Positions 20,660 to 31,234 of a stretch of DNA of 64,000 bases are shown here, piece after piece. Each line of letters starts with the position of its first letter. Position 1 is the first letter of the stretch. Below the pieces are notes generated by a model. It ran no database searches and was not told where the DNA came from. It was given only the letters and a program-made list of their open reading frames with translations. Source of the DNA: an uncultured Kiritimatiellota bacterium (lineage in GTDB: Bacteria; Verrucomicrobiota; Kiritimatiellia; RFP12; UBA1067); NCBI GenBank assembly GCA_934635225.1, contig CAKTYZ010000017.1, positions 357-64,356 on the forward strand, written 5' to 3'. Both the position numbers and the translations under genes were made by a program.

Positions 20660-21172
20660 ATGAAGAAGGCCTTTGCCATTTTATCACTTGTGTCCTTCAT
20701 GCCTCTCGTGGCCGTTGCCGCTGAGGGCGGCAACACGAGCCTCGACGGGAGCTATGCAGGCGTTTCGGGCGTAATGACGCTGCCGCAGGGCGGCTCACGT
20801 CTGCGTCGTCTTGGCGGCGTGGCGGTTCGAGGGGGTATGTATCTCTCGGACTTCTGGGCGATTGAGGGCGATGTCTCTTGGCAGGAAAACGTCGCTGGAT
20901 TTGGCGTTTCGACGCTTGTTCATGCGCAGTCTTGGGCAGTTTATGGCGACCTCTTTGGCTATTCCGCTTTTGACCCGTTCATGACCGTGGGCGCATGTGG
21001 CTGGCTGGACTCGCATGATGTCGGGCAGGTTGGGCCACAGGTTGGGGTGGGTGCGTTCTACCACTTAGACGACAACTGGTCGATTCGGATGGAGACGACG
21101 GCAACGCTGGGTCTTGAATCGGATGTTGAGGTGGTCTATGCCGTCTCGGTCGGAGTCCAATATGGGTTTTAG
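20660..21172 (+). CDS. Small outer-membrane beta-barrel protein
   Basis: A signal peptide (MKKAFAILSLVSFMPLVAVAA) is followed by amphipathic strands, and the protein ends in a C-terminal Phe (VQYGF). Confidence 0.5.
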   Translation: MKKAFAILSLVSFMPLVAVAAEGGNTSLDGSYAGVSGVMTLPQGGSRLRRLGGVAVRGGMYLSDFWAIEGDVSWQENVAGFGVSTLVHAQSWAVYGDLFGYSAFDPFMTVGACGWLDSHDVGQVGPQVGVGAFYHLDDNWSIRMETTATLGLESDVEVVYAVSVGVQYGF

Positions 21173-21193
21173 CGCGGAAGGGAAGGGCGGAGC

Positions 21194-22000
21194 ATGCTGA
21201 AGGACTGTCGTGAAGAATGGTATGACCCGGAGAAGAAAGTCTCTGTGACGTTGGTTGACGTGACGCGTGCGGCACAAGACCTCGCCCGTGCGCATTTGTG
21301 CGGGCCAACGGCGGCGTATTATCTGGCCAGGGGCCTTGCGGCGGCGGCGTTGCTGGGTGCGGAAATGAGCGAAGCGGACGAGACGGTCGCCGTTCAGCTG
21401 AAGTGCACGGGGCCACTTGGCGGGCTTAATGTTGAATGTTCGCGCGAAGGGACGCTGCGCGGCTACACGGAGAAGAAAATCCTGGATGGCCTTGATGGAA
21501 TGGGCGCACCGAAAGACAAGACTGCACTGGGTGATTGCCAGATTCAGGTCACGCACTCGATTCCCGGGCGTATTCTTTCGCAAGGCATCTCAAACTCCCT
21601 CGACGGCTATCTGGCGGGGTCGCTTCAGCGCAAGGCAACCATCCGGCTTGAGGTCTCCGTTTCAGATGAGGTTGAGATTCTGGAAGCGCGCGGCATGCTC
21701 ATCGAAGAGTTGCCGGATGGAAAGGACACGGGCATTTTGGGCGTTCGTTTCAAGTCGTTGGCGGTCACGGAACGCAATCTTCTCAGGCAGTTGGGGCTTG
21801 AAAAGGCGGAACTTAAGAAGACGTCGCCGTTGTCATTCAAGTGCCGCTGTTCGCTGGAACGTGCGGCGGAAATGCTGGCGTCGCTTGATGAAGAGGAGAG
21901 GAAGGCGCTCCCCCCGACGATTGACATAACCTGTCACATGTGTGGCAAGACCTATACGGTGAGGACTTCGGTTAGCCATGAGACATCGGGTTTGGGTTGA
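21194..22000 (+). CDS. hslO: Hsp33 redox-regulated chaperone
   Basis: The C-terminus has a zinc centre of the form CxC...CxxC (FKCRCSLE...ITCHMCGK). Confidence 0.8.
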   Translation: MLKDCREEWYDPEKKVSVTLVDVTRAAQDLARAHLCGPTAAYYLARGLAAAALLGAEMSEADETVAVQLKCTGPLGGLNVECSREGTLRGYTEKKILDGLDGMGAPKDKTALGDCQIQVTHSIPGRILSQGISNSLDGYLAGSLQRKATIRLEVSVSDEVEILEARGMLIEELPDGKDTGILGVRFKSLAVTERNLLRQLGLEKAELKKTSPLSFKCRCSLERAAEMLASLDEEERKALPPTIDITCHMCGKTYTVRTSVSHETSGLG

Positions 22001-23183
22001 GATCGACTTGAAGGCGCTTGTCGCCAACTATCGCAAGATCGCCGTGCGCATGCGCCCGGCCAAGGTCTTGTGCGTTCTCAAGGCGAATGCCTACGGGCTG
22101 GGCGTCGCCGCGTATGCAAAGGCTTTGGCTGAGGCAGGCTGCACGAACTTCGGCGTTGCCGAGCCGTATGAGGCGATGGAGCTGCTGGGAGTCTTGAAGA
22201 AGGGCGCGAAGACGGCGGTTGATGTCCAGATTCTCTCGTCGATTCTGCCGGATGAGATTTACGAAATGGTGAAGGCCGGCGTGATTCTCCCGGTGACGGA
22301 CCTTGAGACGGCGAAACTCATTTCCGACGCGGCCGTTCGGGCGAAGAGGGTTGCGCGCGTCCACTTCAAGCTTGATACGGGCATGGGACGGCTGGGAATC
22401 CTTGCCATGGGCTTGGCAGGCGTGGAGACCGCGCTTCAAACGATTCGTGCCGTGCGGGAACTGCCCGCGCTGGATTGCGAAGGAGTCTTCTCGCATTTTC
22501 CAATGGCTTACGATCCGAAAGATCCGTTCACGAAACGGCAGATTGCGCTTTTCAAGAAGATTGTCTCGACGGCGGCAAAGGAGGGAATCGTTTTCAAGAA
22601 GGTTCATATTGCCGCGTCGGACGGCATCAACAATTTCCCGGACTGTTCCAAGAAGCCGTTTACGCTTGTGCGCACGGGCATCAACTTGCATGGGTCATTT
22701 GATCCGTACGGGCGGAAAGCCCTGAAGGTCGAGCCGGTCCTGACGCTGAAGACGCGCGTTGCGCAGGTGCGCGTGCTGCCGGCGGGGACGACTCTCGGAT
22801 ACGGGCGAACCTGGTGCCTTGCCGCGCCGACGAAAGTCGCGACGATCTCAGCGGGATACGCGGATGGGCTTCCGCTTGCGCTCACGAATCGCGGTTTCGT
22901 TTTCATCGGCGGGCATCGCTGTCGGATTGTCGGGCGCATTTCAATGGACTACACGACGGTGGACGTCTCGGACGTGCCGCGTGTCCGCCCGGGCGATGAA
23001 GTCGTCTGCTTTGGCAAATGCGGGCGCGATTCGATTACGCCGGATGACTGGGCTCGCCTGAAGGGGACGCACGCCTACGACATCATCTGTTCGCTTGGGA
23101 ATCGTGTGCAACGCGTGATTCGTCGTTCAAACCGTGATGCGTGTGCCTCCACGCACGTTTGTCGGGGTGGCATGCAGTGGTGA
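21978..23183 (+). CDS. alr: Alanine racemase
   Basis: The N-terminus VLKANAYGLG carries the PLP-binding lysine motif. Confidence 0.85.
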   Translation: MRHRVWVEIDLKALVANYRKIAVRMRPAKVLCVLKANAYGLGVAAYAKALAEAGCTNFGVAEPYEAMELLGVLKKGAKTAVDVQILSSILPDEIYEMVKAGVILPVTDLETAKLISDAAVRAKRVARVHFKLDTGMGRLGILAMGLAGVETALQTIRAVRELPALDCEGVFSHFPMAYDPKDPFTKRQIALFKKIVSTAAKEGIVFKKVHIAASDGINNFPDCSKKPFTLVRTGINLHGSFDPYGRKALKVEPVLTLKTRVAQVRVLPAGTTLGYGRTWCLAAPTKVATISAGYADGLPLALTNRGFVFIGGHRCRIVGRISMDYTTVDVSDVPRVRPGDEVVCFGKCGRDSITPDDWARLKGTHAYDIICSLGNRVQRVIRRSNRDACASTHVCRGGMQW

Positions 23184-23220
23184 ACGCCCCTATCCCGTTT
23201 TATGATATAATATGCGTATC

Positions 23221-24618
23221 ATGAATAAGAAGATGAGCTTGATCGGGGGCCACAAGGCCCGGATTCTTGTCGCGGCAATCGCATGGGCGTGTGCGCTTCC
23301 CGTTGGGGCGGAGCCGAAGGAAGGAGAGATGGTTTGGGCGCAGGACCGAGAGGTTTTCGTTCACCATCCGAACTATGACGCGGCGAAGATTCCGCCGTAC
23401 GCGTTGGAGGATCCGTTGACGTTCCTCGACGGGCGGAAGGTGACAAAGGAGAACTGGCCGGAACGCCGTCGAGAGATTCTTGGCATTTTCGCGCGGGAAA
23501 TGTATGGCGCTGAACCGCCGGCGCCTGAGGCTGTCGTCACGGAACTTGCCGACGAGAAGGTCGATGCGGCAGGCGGGTTTGCGATTCGTCGCCAGTATCG
23601 GATGTGGTTCAAGGCGGATCGGTCGGGCCCTTGCGTCAACTGGATCGTCTGGATTCCGCGTTACGCGAAGAAGCCAGTGCCCGTCGCCTTGTTCCTTAAT
23701 TACAATGGAAACGCCGAACTTGTCCCGGATGCGGACATTCCGCTGCTCACGAACTGGAACAGGTGGGTCGCGGAGAAAGGCGCTGGGTTCCTCGAATCGA
23801 TCCGTGGCCTCCAGGCCAATCCGAACAATCGGACGCACTTCCCGATCCAGTCGATTCTTGCGCGCGGTTACGCGGTGATGAGTGCGTGCTATTGCGACGT
23901 CTCGCCGGATCCTGACCGATTGGAGACAGACGCGAGGTTCAAGCAGAACCCTTTTGCCTATACGGGCGTCTTCGAGCTGTGGGGGCCGCGCGATTCGTCG
24001 CGCACGGACAACATCACGGCCCTTGGCGCGTGGGGCTGGGCGTTGTCGCGCGGGCTTGACCTCGCCGAACGCATTCCCGAAATTGACGCGAAGAGGTCTG
24101 TCGTGACCGGCAGCTCGCGCCTCGGCAAGGCCGCGCTCATGGCGGCGGCGCGTGACGAGCGTTTTGCCGTCTGCGTGCCGAACCAGACGGGTGGTGGCGG
24201 CGTGCCGCTTGCGAAGCGCGACTTCGGCGAGAATGTCTCGACGGAGAACCGCTACTTCACGCACTGGTACTGCACGGCCTATGCAAAGTACGCGAAGGAT
24301 CCGCACAAGACGATGCCGTTCGATCAACATCTTTTCCTCGCCTGTGTCGCGCCGCGCGCCTTGCTGGTCGAGGGGTTTGACGAGCCGTGGTTTGACACCG
24401 AAGGCGAGTTCCTGTCGGTGAAGGCCGCGAGTCCGGTCTGGGAACTCCTGCGTGGCGCGGGTCTGCCGAAGGTCGCTTGGCCGAAACCCTACGACATGTC
24501 GGCGGTCGGCCCGTTCCTCGGCTATGTCCGTCGGACGGAACGCCACGGGCTTGTCGCGCTGGATTGGAAGTGGGCGCTGGACTTCGCGGATCGCGTTCTC
24601 GGCGCACAGGGCCTGTGA
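23221..24618 (+). CDS. Secreted esterase resembling CE15 glucuronoyl esterases
   Basis: The signal peptide is MNKKMSLIGGHKARILVAAIAWACALPVGA. The motif VTGSSRLGK matches the G-C/S-S-R-x-G nucleophile motif of CE15. The start was chosen at the second ATG, because the first directly abuts the TATAAT. Confidence 0.5.
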   Translation: MNKKMSLIGGHKARILVAAIAWACALPVGAEPKEGEMVWAQDREVFVHHPNYDAAKIPPYALEDPLTFLDGRKVTKENWPERRREILGIFAREMYGAEPPAPEAVVTELADEKVDAAGGFAIRRQYRMWFKADRSGPCVNWIVWIPRYAKKPVPVALFLNYNGNAELVPDADIPLLTNWNRWVAEKGAGFLESIRGLQANPNNRTHFPIQSILARGYAVMSACYCDVSPDPDRLETDARFKQNPFAYTGVFELWGPRDSSRTDNITALGAWGWALSRGLDLAERIPEIDAKRSVVTGSSRLGKAALMAAARDERFAVCVPNQTGGGGVPLAKRDFGENVSTENRYFTHWYCTAYAKYAKDPHKTMPFDQHLFLACVAPRALLVEGFDEPWFDTEGEFLSVKAASPVWELLRGAGLPKVAWPKPYDMSAVGPFLGYVRRTERHGLVALDWKWALDFADRVLGAQGL

Positions 24619-24670
24619 ATGTGGCCCAGATTAATGAGATAACGCAAGGATAGGTCCTTGTCGCATTGGG

Positions 24671-25855
24671 GTGCCCATGGTTGAACTGGTGATAACCGCT
24701 TTTTATGTCGTTTTGTGCGTGCTTCTGTTCGCATTGGCGATTCTGATCCATGAATTCGGACACTTCATCGTCGCCCTGAAGCTGGGGTTGCGCGTGGAGG
24801 CCTTTTCCATCTTCTTCGGGCGTCCGATTTTCAAGAAGACGTTCCGAGGCGTCGAGTACCGTATCGGGTGGATTCCGCTCGGGGGCTATGTCTCGATACC
24901 TGACGTCGATCCCGAGGGGACGAAAGCGCTGGAAGGCGAAGGAACGGGCGGAGAACGTGGCGAGAACTCGAAAGGCAAGCCTTCCGTGCGCATCCCGGCG
25001 TGGAAGGAGATTGCCGTTGCCGTCGCGGGCCCTGCGATGAACATTGTTCTTGCGGTTGCCCTTGCGGTGGGGCTTTCCCTTGTGCCGGGGGCGAAGTTCG
25101 GCACGCTTTCGGCCAAGATCGGACAGGTCTTGGCGGATGGTCCGGCGGCGGCGGCGGGACTGAAGCCTGGAGATGTCGTGAAGTCCGTTGGCGGTCATGC
25201 GGTCGAGACTTGGTCCGAAATGCAGACCGAAGTGCAGATTGCGGGCGGCAACCCGGTTGCATTCGTTGTGGCGCGTGAGACCGACGGCAAGGCTGGGGAG
25301 ACGGAGCTTGTCGTTACGCCGAAGAAAGACCCGGTGACAGGCGCGTGGCTCATCTTGGCCCTGAGCGAGACGAACACGACAGGCGCTGTTGCCTGGATGC
25401 CGGCGCGCAGTCCCCTGAAACAGCTCGCGTGGGATGCGGGGTCGATCTTCCGTGTGCTGAAGGGGCTTGTCACGCCGAAAGAGGCGAAGTCGACGGCGGG
25501 TGCGCTTGGCGGTCCTGTGATGATCGCCGAGGGCCTTTACCGTCAGGTCCGTCGCGACAAGTGGGACGGACTCGGCTTCTTGCGCTTCCTGAACGTCAAC
25601 CTTGCGGTCTTGAACCTTTTGCCGATCCCTGTGCTGGACGGCGGACTCATTCTCTTTGCGTTCATCGCGCTTGTCATCCGCCGTCGTCTGCCGGACTGGT
25701 TCATCGCGAAGGTCTCGATGGCGTTCATGGTCTTGCTGATGGGCTTGATGGGCGTGCTGATCCTGAAGGACGGCTTACGCAGTTACAAGATCCACACCTT
25801 CAAGCCCGACAATGCGGAGACGAATGTTCTTGAGAGAGCAGACCAGAAGCCTTAA
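24671..25855 (+). CDS. rseP: RIP metalloprotease / site-2 protease (M50 family)
   Basis: A HEFGHF zinc motif lies in TM1. There is a PDZ-like segment, and the C-terminus carries LDGG. Confidence 0.8.
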   Translation: MPMVELVITAFYVVLCVLLFALAILIHEFGHFIVALKLGLRVEAFSIFFGRPIFKKTFRGVEYRIGWIPLGGYVSIPDVDPEGTKALEGEGTGGERGENSKGKPSVRIPAWKEIAVAVAGPAMNIVLAVALAVGLSLVPGAKFGTLSAKIGQVLADGPAAAAGLKPGDVVKSVGGHAVETWSEMQTEVQIAGGNPVAFVVARETDGKAGETELVVTPKKDPVTGAWLILALSETNTTGAVAWMPARSPLKQLAWDAGSIFRVLKGLVTPKEAKSTAGALGGPVMIAEGLYRQVRRDKWDGLGFLRFLNVNLAVLNLLPIPVLDGGLILFAFIALVIRRRLPDWFIAKVSMAFMVLLMGLMGVLILKDGLRSYKIHTFKPDNAETNVLERADQKP

Positions 25856-26852
25856 GGTCGGAGACCTTCCGATCGGCGGCGGCGCGCCCGTGAGCGTGCA
25901 GACGATGTGCAACGCCGATCCGCATGACGCGGCGGCGTGCATCCGCCAGCTGAACGCCTGTGCGGCGCGCGGCTGTGACGTCTTTCGCCTGACTGTGCCG
26001 GATCTGGAGGCCGCGCGCGTGCTGGGCGAGGTGAAGAGGGCCTCGCCGATTCCACTGGTCGCAGACATCCATTTCGACTACCGCTGTGCATTGTCCGCGA
26101 TCGAGGCGGGGGCCGATGCGCTTCGGCTCAATCCGGGCAACATCGGTTCGCGTGACCGGGTGCAGGCCGTCGCCCGCGCGGCCAAGACGAAGGGCGTGCC
26201 GATTCGCATCGGCGTCAATGGCGGTAGCCTTGAAAGGGGCGAGACGCTCGTCACTTCCGCCTTGAAGCATCTGAAGCTGCTGGAGGACGAGGGGTTCTAC
26301 GCGGTCGTCATCTCCGCGAAAGCCTCGAGTGTCGCCGAGACGTTGGCGACATACCGCGAACTTGCGGAAAAGACGGACTGTCCGCTGCACCTTGGCGTGA
26401 CGGAGGCCGGGACGCTGATTCCGGGCGCGGTGCGCAGTTCGGTCGCGCTGGGCATCCTCCTGTCGGAGGGGATTGGCGACACGATTCGCGTTTCGCTCAC
26501 GAACAAGCCGGAGAAAGAGGTCAAGGTCGGGCTTGAGATCCTTCGCGCATTGGGGCTTCGCGCACCCGGCCCGTCGATTACGAGCTGCCCGACCTGCGGG
26601 CGGACGAAGGTTGATCTCGTGCGGGTCGCCACGCAGGTCGAGGAGGCCCTTGAAACCTTGAGCCTCGCGAAATGTCCCAAGGTCGCCGTGATGGGTTGCG
26701 CGGTGAACGGCCCCGGTGAAGCGAAGGGAGCGGATGTCGCGCTGTGCGGTGGACAAGGTGAGTTTCTTTTGTATGTGCGCGGGGCCTTCGTCGAGAAGGT
26801 CTCGGAGGCGGATGCCGTCAGGAAGGTGATTGAACATGTCGTTTCTCTCTAA
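25824..26852 (+). CDS. ispG: 4-hydroxy-3-methylbut-2-enyl diphosphate synthase
   Basis: The N-terminus KVGDLPIGGGAPVSVQTMCN matches IspG, and the C-terminus has a Cys cluster (CPTCGR...C). Confidence 0.9.
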   Translation: MFLREQTRSLKVGDLPIGGGAPVSVQTMCNADPHDAAACIRQLNACAARGCDVFRLTVPDLEAARVLGEVKRASPIPLVADIHFDYRCALSAIEAGADALRLNPGNIGSRDRVQAVARAAKTKGVPIRIGVNGGSLERGETLVTSALKHLKLLEDEGFYAVVISAKASSVAETLATYRELAEKTDCPLHLGVTEAGTLIPGAVRSSVALGILLSEGIGDTIRVSLTNKPEKEVKVGLEILRALGLRAPGPSITSCPTCGRTKVDLVRVATQVEEALETLSLAKCPKVAVMGCAVNGPGEAKGADVALCGGQGEFLLYVRGAFVEKVSEADAVRKVIEHVVSL

Positions 26853-28335
26853 CAACTTCGCCGCGATTGCCGTCGCGGTTGCGTCTTCGGCCGTCGTTTG
26901 GACGTTCGGCGGGACGCGTGGCGAACTCCTCGTGATGATTGCGCCGTGGCTCTCCGCACTGTTGCTCGAAGTCCTGTTCTTCTTCCCTCAGCGTCGTTCG
27001 GACGAGACGACCTATGATGCGCGTGCGCGGGTTTGGCACGATCTGAAGAAGGATCCCGTCGTTTGGGTCTGCGTCGGCTTCATGGCGCTTCTGCTGATTC
27101 CGTTTGCCAACAACGGCCTCTGCCCCGTCTGTGACGCGAAGGCGATTGCTGAGGGACATTCGATGGCTCCGCCCGTGCCGATTCTCCCGTTTTGCGTGGA
27201 CCGTCTCGACCACTTGAATGTCGTCCTCTGGTTCGCGTTGGCGTTGCCCTCGCTGCTTGTCGTGCGCCATGCGCTGACGCGGAAGGGCAAGCGCTTCGTG
27301 CTGGAGCTGATCGTCTGGAATGGCACGGCACTGGCTGCGCTGGGCTTCGTCCAAAGTGCGCTGGGTGCGCCGGGCCCGCTTTGGAGCGACCAGTCCGGGA
27401 CAAAGAGCGTCGGCGACTTCTTCTCGACGTTCGGCTATCCGAACATGGCGGGCGACTATTTCACGACGCTCTTCGGGTTGTCGCTTGCCCTTTGGCGCCA
27501 GCATTTGGAGGAGAGACGTGCGGCGCAGGACATCTCGTCTGGTGAAGTGCCTCGTCCGCGCCAATTCTGGGAGAAGCATTACTTCCTGATTCCGGCGGTC
27601 GTCTTCTTCTATTCGGCGCTGAATACGCTTTCGCGCGCGGCGATCCTGCTTGTCACGCTCTCGGCTGTCGTCTATTTCCTGCATTCGTTCATCTCGTTTG
27701 TCGCGCACAAGCGCAAGGCAGACCGCGTGCGTGCCGGAGCGTGGACGGCTCTCGCGCTTGGCATCGTCATTTTCCTGTCCTGCCTCTTTGCGCCGAAGGA
27801 CCTCCAGAAGGAGGTAAACACGCTCGGCACGACGGAGGTCTTGGACCGCGTGACGGGCCGTGGGCAGTACCATGTCCGCGTCGCGACGGAGATCTGGAAA
27901 GACCATGTCCTCTTCGGCTGCGGCGGCTGGGGCTACATCCACTTCTGCATCCCGAAGATGACCCCGGAGGAATACAAGCAGATGCAGGTCGTGGGTGGCA
28001 TCAATGTCCACAACGACCATCTCCAGTTCCTGACCGAACACGGTCTCGTCGGCTTTGTCGCGCTTGTCGCGCTCGTCATCCTGCTGCTCTGGCCGGTTGG
28101 CCAGACATGGCATCTGCTGGCGCGCGAGGCGCGGTTCAAAAAAGACCGTGACGCGCCGCCGAAGCCCGTGCAGGTCTTTGCGCTTCCCGCGCCGGCGTTC
28201 TTTATCCTCACGACGGCCGTCTGCACGTTCATCCATGCGTTCGGCGACTGTCCGTTGCGCTCCCCGGCTGTGCTGACGCTCTTCTTCGTCTCGCTCGCCG
28301 CCATCCCGGGCTTCTTGCCCAGAAAGGAAAACTGA
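26830..28335 (+). CDS. Polytopic membrane protein of the O-antigen ligase / Wzy_C family
   Basis: It has about 10 predicted transmembrane helices, and the motif HNDHLQFLTEHGLVGF resembles the Wzy_C signature. Confidence 0.55.
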   Translation: MNMSFLSNNFAAIAVAVASSAVVWTFGGTRGELLVMIAPWLSALLLEVLFFFPQRRSDETTYDARARVWHDLKKDPVVWVCVGFMALLLIPFANNGLCPVCDAKAIAEGHSMAPPVPILPFCVDRLDHLNVVLWFALALPSLLVVRHALTRKGKRFVLELIVWNGTALAALGFVQSALGAPGPLWSDQSGTKSVGDFFSTFGYPNMAGDYFTTLFGLSLALWRQHLEERRAAQDISSGEVPRPRQFWEKHYFLIPAVVFFYSALNTLSRAAILLVTLSAVVYFLHSFISFVAHKRKADRVRAGAWTALALGIVIFLSCLFAPKDLQKEVNTLGTTEVLDRVTGRGQYHVRVATEIWKDHVLFGCGGWGYIHFCIPKMTPEEYKQMQVVGGINVHNDHLQFLTEHGLVGFVALVALVILLLWPVGQTWHLLAREARFKKDRDAPPKPVQVFALPAPAFFILTTAVCTFIHAFGDCPLRSPAVLTLFFVSLAAIPGFLPRKEN

Positions 28336-28337
28336 CA

Positions 28338-29534
28338 ATGTTGCACGTCAACGAGAACTACGCCAAGATCAAGCCCACTTATCTCTTCGCCGAGATCGCC
28401 CACCGCGTCAACGCCCATCAGGCGGCGCATCCGGAGGCGAAAGTCATCCGCCTTGGAATCGGTGACGTGACCGAGCCGTTGGCGCCGAGCGTCATCGCCG
28501 CGATGCACAAGGCCGTGGACGACGAGGGCGGGAAAGGCGAGCGGTTCTACGGCTATGGCCCAGAGCAGGGCTATGCGTTCCTGCGTGAAAAGATCGCCAA
28601 GTTCGACTTCCAGGATCGTGGCATCGACATTTCGGCGGACGAGATTCTCGTCTCGGACGGTGCGAAGTGCGACTGCGGCAACTTCCAGGAGCTCTTCGGT
28701 CCGGACGTCAAGATCGCCGTCGGCGATCCCGTCTATCCCGTCTATGTCGATACGAACGTCATGGCGGGGCGCCACGACATCCAGCTCCTGCCGTGCACGT
28801 GCGCCAACGGCTTTGTGCCCGCCCCCGAAGAGTGCGCGGCGGATATCGTCTACCTCTGCTACCCGAACAATCCGACGGGTGCGGTCGCGACGAAAGTCCA
28901 GCTTCAGGCTTGGGTGGACTGGGCGAATTCGAAGAGAGCCCTCATCATCTTTGACGCGGCCTATGAGGCGTTCATCCGCACGCCGGGCATTCCGCACTCG
29001 ATCTACGAATGCGTGGGCGCGAAGACTTGCGCCGTCGAGATCCGTTCGTATTCCAAGACGGCGGGCTTCACGGGCATCCGCTGTGGCTACACGGTCGTGC
29101 CGGACGGGCTGGTCGCCTACAACGCCGACGGTTCGTCCGTGCCGCTGCGCCCGATGTGGACGCGCCGTCAGACGACGAAGTTCAACGGGGCGTGCTACGT
29201 CACGCAGAGAGGCGCAGAGGCCGTGTACTCGCCCGACGGACAGGCGGAGACGCGGGCGACGATTGACTTCTACCTTGAGAATGCCGCGCTGATGAAGCAG
29301 GCGTTGCAGGACCTCGGCTACACGGTGACGGGCGGCACGGACTCGCCCTATCTTTGGGTGGACGTGAAAGGCGAGAGCTGGGCGTTCTTCGACCGGCTCC
29401 TGAAGGAGGCGAACGTCGTCACGACGCCGGGCGCGGGCTTCGGCGCGGCGGGCGAGGGCTACATTCGCATCAGCGCGTTCAATTCGCGCACGAACGTTCT
29501 TGAGGCGATCGAGCGGCTGAAGAAGGTCCTCTAA
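28338..29534 (+). CDS. dapL: LL-diaminopimelate aminotransferase
   Basis: The N-terminus NENYAKIKPTYLFAEIAHRV is characteristic of DapL, and the protein has a class-I aminotransferase fold (SKT.G motif). Confidence 0.75.
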   Translation: MLHVNENYAKIKPTYLFAEIAHRVNAHQAAHPEAKVIRLGIGDVTEPLAPSVIAAMHKAVDDEGGKGERFYGYGPEQGYAFLREKIAKFDFQDRGIDISADEILVSDGAKCDCGNFQELFGPDVKIAVGDPVYPVYVDTNVMAGRHDIQLLPCTCANGFVPAPEECAADIVYLCYPNNPTGAVATKVQLQAWVDWANSKRALIIFDAAYEAFIRTPGIPHSIYECVGAKTCAVEIRSYSKTAGFTGIRCGYTVVPDGLVAYNADGSSVPLRPMWTRRQTTKFNGACYVTQRGAEAVYSPDGQAETRATIDFYLENAALMKQALQDLGYTVTGGTDSPYLWVDVKGESWAFFDRLLKEANVVTTPGAGFGAAGEGYIRISAFNSRTNVLEAIERLKKVL

Positions 29535-29542
29535 ACGCGGGC

Positions 29543-31234
29543 TTGCCGCTCATGCTGGGCGTTCTCATCCTTGCGGCGGTGACATGGTATCCCGCGACAA
29601 ACTGGGTCGATCGGCCTGATCCGGTCGCGAGCGTGCGTGCGCGAAAGGGCGGGACCCTTCGCTTCTCGGGCGGTCAAGGTCCGAAGAGTTACAACGCCTA
29701 CATCGACAACAACGCCTACACGCGGATGACGTTTGATCTCCAGTATGAGAACCTCATCTCCGTCAACGCGGCGACGCTTGACTTTGAGCCTGCACTGGCG
29801 CGGCGCTGGGCGATTTCGGATGACGGACGGGAGTTCACGTTCGTCTTGGATGCGCGGGCGAGCTGGTCGGACGGCGTGCCGGTGACGGCGGTGGATGTAA
29901 AGGGGACGTTCGACGCCGTGATGGACGCGAAAAGCGAGACGGGGCCGTGGAAAACGATCCTCGGTGCGTTCGAGAGTCCGGAGGTTCTGGACGTGCGCAC
30001 GGTGCGTTTCCGCAAGAAGGGGGAGAGTCCGCGCGACTGGCGCGACCTCATGCATTGCGGCATGTTCTCGATTTTGCCGCGCCATGCGCTTGCGGGACGC
30101 GATTTCAACAAGCTCTCCCTTCTCGGCTTGCCTGTCAGCGGGCCGTATTGCCTCGCGCGTGTCGAAGAGCAGGTCGAGAGCGAGTTCCGCCGCACGGGCG
30201 TTTGGTGGCGGCAGGACTTCCCGTCCATGCGCGGCCTTTACAACTTCGACCGCATCGTTCTGCGTTACTATGCGGACAACGAGAACGCCTTCGAGGCTCT
30301 GAAGAAGCGGGCGATAGACGTCTATCCCGTTTACTCCGCGCGCATCATGAACGCGGAGACGAAAGGCCCGAAGTTCGCGCACAATTGGATTCTGAAGCGT
30401 CGCGTGAAGAACCACGCGCCCATCGGCTTTCAGGGCTTTGCGATGAATATGCGCCGTCCGCCGTTCGATGACCTGAAGGTGCGACAGGCGATGGCGAAGC
30501 TCGTAGACCGCGAGACGATGAACCGCACGCTGATGAACGGCGAGTATTTCCTCCAGAAGAGCTACTACACTGACCTCTATGACGCGGCGCATCCCTGCAC
30601 GAACAGGCAGTGGACGTATGACGTTGCGGGCGCGAAGCGGCTTTTGTCCGAGGCGGGATACGCGAAGGGGTTCAAGTTCTGCTTTCTCTCGCGTTCGGCG
30701 GGCGAGGACAAGTTCCTCTCTCCGTTCTCGCAGGCGCTGGCCGCGTGTAACATTCAGATGGAGATCGTGCGCAAGGACTTCGCCAGCTGGATGCGTGACA
30801 TGGACGCGTTCAACTTTGACATGACTTGGGCGGCGTGGGGCGCGAGCCTTTTCCGCAATCCCGAAACGATCTGGCATTCGTCCGAAGGCAAGAGTCCGGG
30901 CGGCAACAACGTGACGGGGCTTGACATTCCTGATGTGGATGCGCTCATTGCCGCCGAGAAAACGATGATGTCGGCCGCAGACCGTGAGGCGGCTTACCGT
31001 CGGATTGACGCGCAGGTTGCTGCACAAGTCCCGTATGTCCTCTTGTGGAACACGGACGAGCATCGGCTTCTCTACTGGAATAAGTTCGGCATGCCGCGCA
31101 CGGTCCTCGGACGGTACGGCGATGAGGACGGCGTTCTGTCATATTGGTGGTATGACGAGGACCGTGTCCGCGAGTTGGACGAGGCCATTTCGTCCGATTC
31201 CTGCCTTCCCAATGTTCCCGAACGCGTTCAATAG
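29543..31234 (+). CDS. ABC transporter substrate-binding protein, family 5 (peptide/nickel type)
   Basis: Its length and the motifs (GGTLRF..., YVLLWN) match the SBP_bac_5 family. Confidence 0.7.
   Translation: MPLMLGVLILAAVTWYPATNWVDRPDPVASVRARKGGTLRFSGGQGPKSYNAYIDNNAYTRMTFDLQYENLISVNAATLDFEPALARRWAISDDGREFTFVLDARASWSDGVPVTAVDVKGTFDAVMDAKSETGPWKTILGAFESPEVLDVRTVRFRKKGESPRDWRDLMHCGMFSILPRHALAGRDFNKLSLLGLPVSGPYCLARVEEQVESEFRRTGVWWRQDFPSMRGLYNFDRIVLRYYADNENAFEALKKRAIDVYPVYSARIMNAETKGPKFAHNWILKRRVKNHAPIGFQGFAMNMRRPPFDDLKVRQAMAKLVDRETMNRTLMNGEYFLQKSYYTDLYDAAHPCTNRQWTYDVAGAKRLLSEAGYAKGFKFCFLSRSAGEDKFLSPFSQALAACNIQMEIVRKDFASWMRDMDAFNFDMTWAAWGASLFRNPETIWHSSEGKSPGGNNVTGLDIPDVDALIAAEKTMMSAADREAAYRRIDAQVAAQVPYVLLWNTDEHRLLYWNKFGMPRTVLGRYGDEDGVLSYWWYDEDRVRELDEAISSDSCLPNVPERVQ

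Noticed and set aside
29531-31063. The ORF of 510 aa on the - strand
   Set aside because: It is the shadow of the SBP_bac_5 gene, and the + strand product has clear family motifs.
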